Shown here one piece after another: positions 27,881-36,582 of a DNA stretch of 50,863 bases. Under the pieces are notes generated by a model. It made no database searches. It worked only from the letters and a program-made list of their open reading frames with translations, and was not told the DNA's origin. The translations under genes were made by a program, and so were the position numbers. The first letter of the stretch is position 1. Every line of letters begins with the position of its first letter. The DNA is from Deltaproteobacteria bacterium CG03_land_8_20_14_0_80_45_14 (GTDB lineage Bacteria; Desulfobacterota; BSN033; UBA1163), in the NCBI GenBank assembly GCA_002780715.1, contig PEUO01000148.1:1-50863 (forward strand). The letters run 5' to 3'.

Positions 27881-27970
27881 TCCCAAGCGAAAAAGGAGGT
27901 GATGGGGAAATCGAAATTTGTAAATTTAAAATTCAAGGTTCAAAGTAAAATTTTTCAAGGAGGTATGGAG

Positions 27971-29152
27971 ATGAAACGTTTAATGGTATTGGTGACAGTG
28001 ATGACCGTGTTGGCGATGGGATCGTGGGCTTGGGCTGCGGATACAATCAAGATCGGCGTTGTTGGACCCAGAACAGGGCCTGCGGCAGCAACCGGTAAGG
28101 CCTTTGAAGAGGGCATTGCTATTGCTTTGGACCACCTCAATGCAAAGGGCGGCGTCTTGGGCAAGCAAGTCGAGGTCGTCTTTGAGGATACAGGCGGTGT
28201 TCCGGAGAAGGCTGCATCGGCATTAGAAAAACTGGCAACCCGCGATAAGGTGCCGATTGTTGTTGGGGAAAGCCATTCCTCATCAGCCTTGGCGGAGATT
28301 GAGGTGGCGAATCGTTACAAAATCCCCCTCATCATCTGTGAGGCCTGGCATGATGACATTACCAAGAAAAACTACAAATGGGTCTTTCGAGCAGGCCCTG
28401 TGAATAGCGGTGTGGTCGATTTTTATATTGCTCCATTTGTAAAGGATAATAGGTTCAAAAAGGTGGCTATTGTCAGAGAAAATTCTGACTGGGGAGTTGG
28501 AATTGCTGAAAAGACAGAAACAGATCTTAAAAATTTCGGAATCCCCTTCATCACCCTGAAGGTGGAACGAGAGAGTAAAGATTTTTATACCGAATTGACC
28601 AAGATTAAAGGGGAAAACCCCGACATCATCCTTGCCTACATCTATGGAACAGGGCTCCACTTCTTTGTTGCCCAGGCTCATGAAGTTGGCCTCAGTCCAA
28701 AATGCCTGATTCTCGATGGGGCAGGTCCGCCGAGCCTCTGGGATACCTTCTGGAAGAATGTCGGGAAGGCAGGTGAGTTGGAGCTCTTCATGTCGAGCAT
28801 GCACGAGAAGGTTCATCTGACGCCCACCAGTCGAAAATTCTGGGATGATTACAAAAAGAAATACGGGAAGGATCCTACTGATTATAAAACCCGTTCGATC
28901 TACAATGTGGTTTTGATTGCGGCCGATGCCATCAATCGAGCAAAATCGACTGACAATGAACCCATTGTGGCGGCCCTTGAAAAAACCAACCTTGAAGTAA
29001 CTACTGGAATAGTCAAATTTGGATTGAAACAGGGGACCTATGAATATCATCAGTGGATGCCTCCCATGCTGGTGGTCCAATGGCAGGGTCAGAAGCAGGT
29101 CGTGGTCTATCCAAAAGAGGCAGCGACCGGAGCATTAAAGAAAGTAAAATAA
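27971..29152 (+). CDS. ABC transporter substrate-binding protein, LivK/LivJ (branched-chain amino acid) family
   Basis: Signal peptide MKRLMVLVTVMTVLAMGSWAWA followed by ADTIKIGVVGPRTGPAAATGK. AAGGAGG lies 7 nt before the ATG at 27971. Confidence 0.88.
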   Translation: MKRLMVLVTVMTVLAMGSWAWAADTIKIGVVGPRTGPAAATGKAFEEGIAIALDHLNAKGGVLGKQVEVVFEDTGGVPEKAASALEKLATRDKVPIVVGESHSSSALAEIEVANRYKIPLIICEAWHDDITKKNYKWVFRAGPVNSGVVDFYIAPFVKDNRFKKVAIVRENSDWGVGIAEKTETDLKNFGIPFITLKVERESKDFYTELTKIKGENPDIILAYIYGTGLHFFVAQAHEVGLSPKCLILDGAGPPSLWDTFWKNVGKAGELELFMSSMHEKVHLTPTSRKFWDDYKKKYGKDPTDYKTRSIYNVVLIAADAINRAKSTDNEPIVAALEKTNLEVTTGIVKFGLKQGTYEYHQWMPPMLVVQWQGQKQVVVYPKEAATGALKKVK

Positions 29153-29170
29153 ATGAAGGGATAGGGTTCA

Positions 29171-29201
29171 GGGGGTGGGGTTTAGTCTAAATCCCACCCC
29201 C
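29171..29201 (+). repeat. G/C hairpin between the binding-protein and permease genes
   Basis: GGGGGTGGGGTTT-AGTCT-AAATCCCACCCCC. A T-run lies only 15 nt further on, so this is more likely an intra-operon attenuating or stabilising hairpin than a full terminator. Confidence 0.6.
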
Positions 29202-29235
29202 TTGTCCCCCCCGCAATTTTTTTGATGAAGGATAG

Positions 29236-30102
29236 ATGATGAACGAATTCCTGATGTATCTCACCAATGGAATCGTCATCGGGGTGATCAATGCCATCTC
29301 TGCGATTGGCGTCTCTCTGATCGTGGGCATCATGCGAGTCGTGAACTTTGCCCATGGAGAGCTCTATATTTTTGCGGGGTACTTTAGCTACCATTTAAGC
29401 GCCAGTCTCGGAGTGCCCCCGCTTCTCGCTATGCCCCTATCCATCTTCTTCATTTTCCTGATCGGGATCGGTATGGAGCGGACCCTGATTCGACCCACCT
29501 ATGGGGATGAAATGTATTCTCTGATCATCACCTTTGTGCTTTCAATTGTTCTACAAAATGCAGCGCTCTTGATCTTTGGGCCCTATCCCAACAAACCCCC
29601 CAACCTGGTCAGCGGGGCCACAAACATTTTCGGCCTCTATCATTATGGAAATCAAAGACTCCTCTCTTTCTTTATCTCTATTGGAATTCTTCTCTTCATT
29701 TTTTATTTGATCAAGAGGACTTGGTTTGGAAAGAGCATTCGGGCCGTCTCACAAGATAGAGAAATGTCCTCCCTGGTGGGAGTGGATCACTTAAGGGTCA
29801 ACATGCTCTCATTCGGGTTGGGAGCGGCTCTTGCCGGCGCAGCGGGGGTGATCGTTGCCCCTATCTTTCCGGTGACACCGACAGGGAGTTCAGCCATCAG
29901 CCTTAATGCCTTTGTCGTGGTTGTACTGGGCGGAATGGGGTCGCTTAAAGGGTGCGTCATCGGAGGTCTGGCCTTAGGGATCATTGAGAACCTGGGGGCG
30001 GCTTATCTCTCAACGATGTACCGTAATATTTTTGGGTTCGTCATTCTGATTCTGGTTCTTGTCTTCAGACCCTGGGGACTTTTTGGACAGAAGGCACAGT
30101 AA
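29236..30102 (+). CDS. livH: Branched-chain amino acid ABC permease (LivH type)
   Basis: 288 aa, multi-TM. Has the AHGELYIFAGY-type N-terminal region. Confidence 0.88.
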   Translation: MMNEFLMYLTNGIVIGVINAISAIGVSLIVGIMRVVNFAHGELYIFAGYFSYHLSASLGVPPLLAMPLSIFFIFLIGIGMERTLIRPTYGDEMYSLIITFVLSIVLQNAALLIFGPYPNKPPNLVSGATNIFGLYHYGNQRLLSFFISIGILLFIFYLIKRTWFGKSIRAVSQDREMSSLVGVDHLRVNMLSFGLGAALAGAAGVIVAPIFPVTPTGSSAISLNAFVVVVLGGMGSLKGCVIGGLALGIIENLGAAYLSTMYRNIFGFVILILVLVFRPWGLFGQKAQ

Positions 30103-30103
30103 A

Positions 30104-30202
30104 CAGTGATCAGTGATCAGTGAGTAGAAACAAGAATGCAGATGGCAAAAGGCAGAAGGCAGAAGATAAAATTAGAGAACACAATGATCAGTAATCAGTA
30201 AG
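30104..30202. repeat. Composite heptamer arrays (CAGTGAT and GCAGAAG types)
   Basis: CAGTGAT CAGTGAT CAGTGAG, then GCAGATG GCAAAAG GCAGAAG GCAGAAG, then ATGATCA GTAATCA GTAAGG. Starts 2 nt after the livH stop. Confidence 0.7.
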
Positions 30203-30233
30203 GTGAAAGCAGGAACCGGAAGGTAGGAGGGCA

Positions 30234-31178
30234 ATGGGCAATAAACAACAGGCAGGAACCGCCAAGAAAGTCGGGATACCAGCCCTGTTTATCATCCTGG
30301 CCATCTTGCCTCCTTTTTTTCTATCGCAGTATTGGCTTCATGTGATGATCATCAGCCTTTTTTACGTGATGATGGCTTCCTCTTGGAACCTCATCGCTGG
30401 GTTCACAGGCCAGGTGTCCTTTGCCCATGCTGCTTTTTCGGGGATAGGAGCCTATGCATCAGGGATGGTAGCCGTCAATCTTGGCGTTCCTCCCTGGTTG
30501 GGTATCCTGATTGGGACTGGGGTAGCCGCCCTACTGGGACTGGGACTGGGATATCTCTGCATTCGGATGGGAGGCATCTACCTTTCATTGACCACCCTTG
30601 GTTTTTCCGAGATTTTGAGAATCATTATTACCAATGAAGATAAATGGACACGTGGGACCATGGGTCTCCAGGTTCCAGGTTTTTTCAGCGAATATTCGAA
30701 GGCAAATTATTATTATCTTTTTTTAGTTGTTACCATTTTTCTTCTCATCGTTATTTATTGGATTGTCCATTCAGAGATGGGGCTGACCTTCAGGGCGGTA
30801 TTAAATGACGAATTGGCTGCTTCCTCTTCTGGAATCAATACAATCCGTGTCCGAATTCTTGCCTTTACCATTTCGAGTGCCATGGCCGGCTTGGCAGGAG
30901 GACTCTATGGCCATTACCTCATGCTTATTACGCCAGACATCCCTTCTTTGGGACAGATGTTTCTTGTTCTGGCCATGGCGGTGATCGGAGGGATGGGCAG
31001 CTTTATCGGCCCTATCGTTGGGTCCTTTGTTTTGGAGACCCTCTCCGAATACATCCGAATTTATGGAGAGTACCATGTCCTCCTCTTCGGGTTGGTAGCT
31101 TTAGCTATGGCTCGGTTTGCTCCTGAAGGATTGATGGGCATCGTGGGTAAAAAGTGGAGGAAAGAGTGGGTGCATTAA
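30234..31178 (+). CDS. livM: Branched-chain amino acid ABC permease (LivM type)
   Basis: 314 aa, multi-TM. AGGAGG lies 4 nt before the ATG. Confidence 0.88.
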   Translation: MGNKQQAGTAKKVGIPALFIILAILPPFFLSQYWLHVMIISLFYVMMASSWNLIAGFTGQVSFAHAAFSGIGAYASGMVAVNLGVPPWLGILIGTGVAALLGLGLGYLCIRMGGIYLSLTTLGFSEILRIIITNEDKWTRGTMGLQVPGFFSEYSKANYYYLFLVVTIFLLIVIYWIVHSEMGLTFRAVLNDELAASSSGINTIRVRILAFTISSAMAGLAGGLYGHYLMLITPDIPSLGQMFLVLAMAVIGGMGSFIGPIVGSFVLETLSEYIRIYGEYHVLLFGLVALAMARFAPEGLMGIVGKKWRKEWVH

Positions 31179-31900
31179 TCGAAGGAAAGGGACTCACTAA
31201 GTCTTTTGGAGGTCTGACGGCGCTTAAGGGAGTCGATTTTCATCTCGATGAAGGTGAAATCATCGGCCTCATCGGTCCAAACGGAGCAGGCAAAACAACC
31301 CTCTTCAATCTTGTCAGTGGGGTTTTTCATCCGGATTCAGGAAAACTTTATTTCAACAGCAAGAATATCACAATTCTTAAACCTTTTGAAATCTGTCGGT
31401 TAGGTATTGCGAGAACTTTTCAGATTGTCCGGCCATTTTTAAAGATGAGTTGTTTTGAAAATACCCTGGTAGGAATTATCGGACGAAATGATAAAAATGG
31501 GGGGAAGGAAGAAAGGAAGGATGAGGTCAGGACCTTGTTAAAATTTGTTGGGCTTGGAAACCGCGAGCAGACTTTAGCCAAGGACCTGACCCTCATTGAA
31601 AAGAAACGGCTGGAAATGGCGAGAGCCCTGGCCACCAAGCCCAAAGTTCTCCTTTTAGATGAAGTATTAGCTGGCCTCAACCCCTCAGAGATCCTTCAAG
31701 CTCTGGAATTGATCGAGGTCATCCGAACTCAATTGAAGATGACGGTCTTCTGGATAGAGCATGTGATGGGTGCGATTATGAAGGCCTCGGATCGGATCAT
31801 CGTCTTGGATCAAGGAGAGAAAATCAAAGAAGGGAAGGCAGAGGAAATCGTTTCCGATCTTAAGGTGATTGAGGCTTACTTAGGTGAATCTGATGCTTAA
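31154..31900 (+). CDS. livG: ABC transporter ATP-binding protein (LivG type)
   Basis: Walker A GPNGAGKTT, LSGGEQ-like signature region and Walker B LLLDE. GTG start overlaps livM, so the exact start is uncertain. Confidence 0.88.
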   Translation: MEERVGALIEGKGLTKSFGGLTALKGVDFHLDEGEIIGLIGPNGAGKTTLFNLVSGVFHPDSGKLYFNSKNITILKPFEICRLGIARTFQIVRPFLKMSCFENTLVGIIGRNDKNGGKEERKDEVRTLLKFVGLGNREQTLAKDLTLIEKKRLEMARALATKPKVLLLDEVLAGLNPSEILQALELIEVIRTQLKMTVFWIEHVMGAIMKASDRIIVLDQGEKIKEGKAEEIVSDLKVIEAYLGESDA

Positions 31901-31903
31901 AGT

Positions 31904-31950
31904 CCTCCCAAAATTTCCCCTCCCTTGATGGGAGGGGATAAAGGGGAGGG
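31904..31950. repeat. G/C-tract hairpin repeat
   Basis: CCTCCCAAAATTTCCCCTCCC-TTGAT-GGGAGGGGATAAAGGGGAGG. Confidence 0.65.
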
Positions 31951-31968
31951 TGTTAGATAGGGAGTCTG

Positions 31969-32673
31969 ATGCTTGAGGTAAAAGAAATCAATGTCTTTCG
32001 TGGGGATGCCCAGATCCTTTGGGGCCTCACTATGAAGGTTGAAAGGGGAGAGATCGTTACCGTCCTGGGAGCAAATGGTTCTGGGAAAACAACCCTGGTT
32101 GAATCCATTCTCGGGGTTCACCATCCTAAAAAGGGGAGAATCACCTTTTTAGACACCGAGATTACATTTAAACCTTCTTTTCATATCACAAGAATAGGGA
32201 TCTCCTGCGTACCGGAGGGAAGAAGAATCTTTAAAGACATGGAGGTTTATGAAAATTTAGAAATGGGGGCTTATCCGGAGAAAGCCCGTATTTCTCTCAA
32301 AGAGACCGTTGAAAGGGTCTATTCTCTTTTTCCCATATTGAGAGAAAGAAAAAAACAGATCGCAGGAACACTCAGCGGTGGGGAGCAACAGATGCTTGCT
32401 ATTGGGAGAGCGTTGATGTCAAAGCCAACTTTGCTTCTCATCGATGAACTCTCTTTGGGACTTTCGCCAAAAATTACTAAAGAGATTTACGGAGCTATCA
32501 AAAAACTTCATCAAGAAGGAATGACTCTCCTTCTCATTGAGCAGAATGCAATGCTCGCGCTACGCCATAGTGATCGTGGCTATGTGCTGGAGACCGGGAG
32601 AATTACGCTTCAAGGAACTTCGCAAGAGCTTTTAGGAAATGAGCATATACGAAAAGCCTATCTAGGGATGTAG
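31969..32673 (+). CDS. livF: ABC transporter ATP-binding protein (LivF type)
   Basis: Walker A GANGSGKTT, signature LSGGEQQ and Walker B LLLIDE. Confidence 0.9.
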   Translation: MLEVKEINVFRGDAQILWGLTMKVERGEIVTVLGANGSGKTTLVESILGVHHPKKGRITFLDTEITFKPSFHITRIGISCVPEGRRIFKDMEVYENLEMGAYPEKARISLKETVERVYSLFPILRERKKQIAGTLSGGEQQMLAIGRALMSKPTLLLIDELSLGLSPKITKEIYGAIKKLHQEGMTLLLIEQNAMLALRHSDRGYVLETGRITLQGTSQELLGNEHIRKAYLGM

Positions 32674-32683
32674 GCTCTCCATT

Positions 32684-32805
32684 TGGAATAATGGAATGTT
32701 GGAATATTGAATAATGCGAAAGACTAACTTAGGATTGTACCCCTTCTTACCGGATTAAGAATTTGAAAAAAGTTTTGCCCATTATTCCACTATTCCAATA
32801 TTCCC
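32684..32805. repeat. GGAAT 8-mer periodic inverted-repeat element, copy 1
   Basis: GGAATAAT GGAATGTT GGAATATT, a ~60-nt spacer, then ATTATTCC ACTATTCC AATATTCC. Confidence 0.8.
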
Positions 32806-32817
32806 AAGGGTGATTAA

Positions 32818-33639
32818 ATGAACAAGTTGATTATCACCGTTGGGATTACAGGTTCTCGAATTACACGACAACAAACGCCTTATATCCCAATTACTCCACA
32901 AGAGATTGCGCAGTCTGGGATTGAGGCGTGGAGGGGAGGGGCTTCCGTCCTTCATATCCATGTGAGAGATCCCAAGACAGGCCTGGGGACTCAAGAACTT
33001 TCTCTCTTCAAAGAAGTGGTGGACCGTATTCGGAGTGAAACCGATGCTATCCTCTGCCTGACAACGAGCGGCATTCCGGGTAGGAATCTCGAGTTTCAAG
33101 AAAGGCTTGTCCCTTTATGCCTAAATCCAGAATTGGTCTCCTTTGATGCAGGGACGATTAATATGAGGGAGAATGTTTTTCTCAATCCCCCTGAGTTTTT
33201 GGAGCTATTGGCCAAAGAGACACTGGCAAAGGGAATCAAGCCTGAGCTCGAGGTCTTTGAGGTCGGAATGGCTCAAACCTGTATCCGGTATTTGGAGAAG
33301 GGCCTCCTTAAACCTCCGCTTCACTTCCAATTCGTTTTGGGCATCGTCGGCGGCATGCCTGCCACGGCAAAGTCACTGCTTTATCTTTCGGAAATTATCC
33401 CCGAAGGCTCTACTTGGTCTGTGATTGGGATTGGTCCGGGACAGCTCTCCATGACCGTGATGGGAATGGTAATGGGTGGGCATGTACGAGTAGGGCTGGA
33501 AGACAATATCTACTACTCGAAGGGTGTCCTGGCTAAGACCAATGCCCAGTTGGTCGAAAGAGTAGTCAGGATTGTAAAAGAGTTCGGAAGAGATATCGCC
33601 ACCCCGCAGGAATCCAGAAAAATCCTAAATTTGAAATAA
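32818..33639 (+). CDS. kce: Beta-keto acid cleavage enzyme (BKACE/DUF849; 3-keto-5-aminohexanoate cleavage enzyme-like)
   Basis: 273 aa. MNKLIITVGITGS...TPQEIAQSGIEAWRGGASVLHIHVRDPKTG is the BKACE N-terminal signature. Confidence 0.85.
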   Translation: MNKLIITVGITGSRITRQQTPYIPITPQEIAQSGIEAWRGGASVLHIHVRDPKTGLGTQELSLFKEVVDRIRSETDAILCLTTSGIPGRNLEFQERLVPLCLNPELVSFDAGTINMRENVFLNPPEFLELLAKETLAKGIKPELEVFEVGMAQTCIRYLEKGLLKPPLHFQFVLGIVGGMPATAKSLLYLSEIIPEGSTWSVIGIGPGQLSMTVMGMVMGGHVRVGLEDNIYYSKGVLAKTNAQLVERVVRIVKEFGRDIATPQESRKILNLK

Positions 33640-33692
33640 CTCTGGGAACCTATCAAAACCTTTCTTCCCGCCACTTTTGTTTCGAAATCAGT

Positions 33693-33720
33693 TTGACACT
33701 TATCCAAATTTGTATATAAT
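33693..33720 (+). promoter_or_regulatory. Near-consensus sigma70 promoter
   Basis: TTGACA (33693-33698), a 16-nt spacer, then TATAAT (33715-33720). Confidence 0.65.
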
Positions 33721-33805
33721 GTTCTACAAGAGTTGGTAATTGGACTCATAATCCTTTAATGGTGAGGAAAGGAAATGACAAGCCCTGATCATCCAACAAA
33801 GTCGG

Positions 33806-33867
33806 GCCCTTATAGGTCCAACGTACCTGCGGTAGGCAGGGAAGTATTGGACTATGAGGGCTTTTTT
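33806..33867 (+). terminator. Intrinsic terminator / structured RNA 3' end (copy A)
   Basis: GCCCTTATAG[G]TCC pairs with GGACTATGAGGGC (13 bp, one bulge). An inner CCTGC-GGTAG-GCAGG hairpin follows, then T6. Confidence 0.65.
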
Positions 33868-33967
33868 ATTGCCTGGCCTAAACCCGAACCCAGTGGAAAT
33901 AGGAAATGTCCCTATATTTACTCAAACATTTATTGTTGCTTTAAGGTTTGTGTGATATATTGAAAGT

Positions 33968-34399
33968 ATGAAAGTAGATAGGGAGAGAATCGGGAAATAC
34001 GCTTTTGAAAAAGGGATAAAGTTTATTATTCTTTTCGGATCTCAAGCTGTGGGGGATAGACATGAAAATAGCGATTTCGATGTGGCAGTTTTGACCACAA
34101 GAGAAAAAAATCTCTCCGTCCTTAAAAATTATAGCGAAATATTAGATTTTCTTTCGAATATACTGGGTATCCCTGATTACAGAATAGACCTTACCAATCT
34201 TAATAAGGCTAATCCTTTTTTAAAATACGAAGTCGTTTCTTCGGGGAAATTGCTTTACGGGGATGAGGATGAATATGCCGATTACAGGGCGGGTGCATTT
34301 AAAGACTACATCGATTCGCAGCCTCTCTTCCATCTTGAAAAATATCTGATTAAGAAGCGTCAGAATCTATTAGGAGAACTTTTAGCCCACCAGAAATGA
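33968..34399 (+). CDS. mntA: Minimal nucleotidyltransferase antitoxin (MNT/MntA-like)
   Basis: 143 aa. GSQAVGDRHENSDFDVAV fits the GS-x10-DxD NTase motif. ATGA overlap with the downstream HEPN gene. Confidence 0.85.
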   Translation: MKVDRERIGKYAFEKGIKFIILFGSQAVGDRHENSDFDVAVLTTREKNLSVLKNYSEILDFLSNILGIPDYRIDLTNLNKANPFLKYEVVSSGKLLYGDEDEYADYRAGAFKDYIDSQPLFHLEKYLIKKRQNLLGELLAHQK

Positions 34400-34842
34400 T
34401 CAGGGAAATTTTTGTATTAAGAAAAATAACCCTTATTCAGGATGAGCTGACTAAACTGGCAGATCTGGCAAAGTATTCCCTTAAAGAGGTTACCAGCGAC
34501 TTTGTAAAGCAGGCAGCCTTGGAGCGATATCTGGAGAGAATCATCAACCGCGCTATTGATATTAATCAGCATTTGATTGCAGAACTGGCGACAAAAGACA
34601 CAAGCCCACCGCTTGATTATACGGAAACATTCTTAAGGCTTGCTGACCTTGGCATCTATCCGTCAGATTTCTCAAAACGCATAGCTAAGAGTGTGAGAAC
34701 GAGAAATATTCTTATTCATGAATATAATACTGTAGATTATAGCAGCGTTTATTCTTCGATCTCTGATTGCCTGAGAGATTATCACGAGTACTGTAGTTAT
34801 ATTCTAACATTCCTGGAGCAATACAAAAGCAGGGTGGCATAA
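34396..34842 (+). CDS. hepT: HepT-like HEPN (DUF86) RNase toxin
   Basis: 148 aa. RTRNILIHEY fits the R-x4-6-H HEPN motif. Confidence 0.85.
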   Translation: MIREIFVLRKITLIQDELTKLADLAKYSLKEVTSDFVKQAALERYLERIINRAIDINQHLIAELATKDTSPPLDYTETFLRLADLGIYPSDFSKRIAKSVRTRNILIHEYNTVDYSSVYSSISDCLRDYHEYCSYILTFLEQYKSRVA

Positions 34843-34928
34843 AAGAGATCGTGTTGGAGGAGGGAGCCATATAACCTTTTAACCTTAGGGAGAAACAATG
34901 GTCATCCTTGGCCATTACATCAAAACAA

Positions 34929-34989
34929 GCCCTCATGGATCTAAGCTGCCTGGAGTAGGCAGGGGAATTTTAGACTGTGAGGGTTTTTT
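34929..34989 (+). terminator. Intrinsic terminator / structured RNA 3' end (copy B)
   Basis: GCCCTCATGG[A]TCT pairs with AGACTGTGAGGGT (13 bp, bulge at the same position). An inner CCTGG-AGTAG-GCAGG hairpin follows, then T5. Confidence 0.65.
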
Positions 34990-35046
34990 ATTATTCGGCT
35001 TGACCCTGAATCCTAAGAGAAAATAGGGAGGTGTCCTTAAAATTTA

Positions 35047-36582
35047 TTGGGGGATAAATCTATAAAACGATTTTACTTTTCAAGCCTTCGCAGCCGGTTA
35101 ATCCTCATCATTCTTTTAACCCTCTTTCCAATATTCTTATTGATTCTTTACAATTTTTACGAACAGCGACGATTAGCGTTCAGGGAAATTCAGACTAATA
35201 CTCTCCATCTCACCCAGTTTGCTGTCAAACATCAGGGGCAACTGATCGAAGGAACGCGCCATCTACTCATCGCCCTTTTGAAGCTATCTCAGATACGTCA
35301 AACCGATTCCATTGGCTGTTCTTCTCTCTTCGCTGAAATACGGAAGGAATATCCCCACTACGGTAGTATCGGAGCCTCTAAACCGAATGGTGATATGTTC
35401 TGCAGTGGTTACCCCATGATAAGGCCCGTTAACTCCTCTGAACAGGTGTGGTTTCAAGATACGATTCGAACACAAAATTTTTCAGTGGGAGTCTATCAGA
35501 TCAGCCGCATCAGAGACAAACCTGTTATTGTTTTTGGTTATCCTGTCATTGATGAAACTGGAAAAATCAAGGCTTTGGTCTGGGCGGGGATGGATTTAGC
35601 CTGGTTGAACCAAAGCATTGCAAAAATAGATTTGCCAGAAGGAGCAACGCTTGTTGTTTTTGATCGAGACGGCACAATCCTTGCTCGTAGACCTGATCCG
35701 GAGAAATGGGTCGGGCAATCCATACAAAAAGTGTCCTACTTTAAGACCATATTGGATAAAGGAAGAGGGACGGTGGAAGCGCCGGGTGTGGACGGCATCA
35801 AACGTCTCTACGCATTCACTACATTAGAGGGTTTGCCTGAGGGCAGCCTTTACGTGAAAGTGGGTATCCCCACCCAGAGGGCCTATGCTTATATAGGAAA
35901 AGCTCTGATGAGAAATTTGACTCTGTTGGGTTTAATAGGCGTTCTTTCACTGGCGGTTTCCTGGTTTATAAGTACTTTTACTATTTTAAAACCCGTAAGC
36001 GCATTGATTGAAGCATCAAGAAGAATGGCAGCGGGTGATCTGGGTAGCCGGGCAGGATTATCTCATCATAAAGGTGAAATTGGTCAATTGGCACAAGTTT
36101 TTAACGAGATGGGCGAATCCCTCCAGAAGCAGGAGAATAACCGCAAGCGGGCAGAGGAGGCGCTGCGGGAGAGCGGGCGGCAATGGAGCAGGACCTTTGA
36201 CGCAATCAATGATTCCGTCTGACTGATCGATCCGGACGGGCGGCTTCTCAAACACAATCAAGCTACTCAGCGCCTGTTGGGCAAAGCTGCCAGCGAGTTG
36301 AACGGCCATTTCTGCTTCGAGGTAGTGCATGGTTCCTCGCAACCCATTGCGGGTTGCCCGATCGTACGAATGAAAGAAACAAACCGCAGGGAAAGCACCA
36401 TCATCCAATTGGGCGACCAGTGGCTACAGGTCACAGTGGACCCTATCCTGAACGATGACCAGCAATTGGAGGGCGCTGTCCACATTATCGCGGACATCAC
36501 CGAGCGCAAGCGGGCAGAGGAGAGGATTTTTAGACTCAATCGGCTCTATACTTCTTCTTTGAAAAGGAGGGAAGTATTATGA
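35047..36582 (+). pseudogene. Membrane sensor (periplasmic Cache-like domain, HAMP, PAS) with an in-frame TGA and no kinase core
   Basis: ORFs 35047-36222 and 36277-36582 are in the same frame. The TGA at 36220-36222 sits inside the PAS N-cap (FDAINDSV*LIDPDGRLL). The protein ends ..RLNRLY+10 aa without HisKA/HATPase. Confidence 0.7.

Noticed and set aside
28283-29080. 265-aa minus-strand ORF inside the substrate-binding-protein gene. Similar long antisense ORFs occur at 43604-44233, 45099-45617, 14579-15130 and 19051-19632.
   Set aside because: They are antisense to confidently identified genes (LivK-type SBP, purL, tsf, the sigma54 regulator), have low-complexity composition and lack RBS or motifs. 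These are typical shadow ORFs.
33731-35047. Direct repeats around the MNT-HepT cassette considered as integron attC sites
   Set aside because: The hairpins lack the RYYYAAC/GTTRRRY core sites, no intI is present, and each hairpin is followed by a T-run typical of intrinsic terminators.
36220-36222. In-frame TGA as selenocysteine, and TAG at 36687 as pyrrolysine or a reassigned codon
   Set aside because: No SECIS-like stem-loop follows the TGA. Both codons serve as normal terminators elsewhere in the window. The neighbouring genes show independent decay (a deleted kinase core), so pseudogenisation is the simpler reading.
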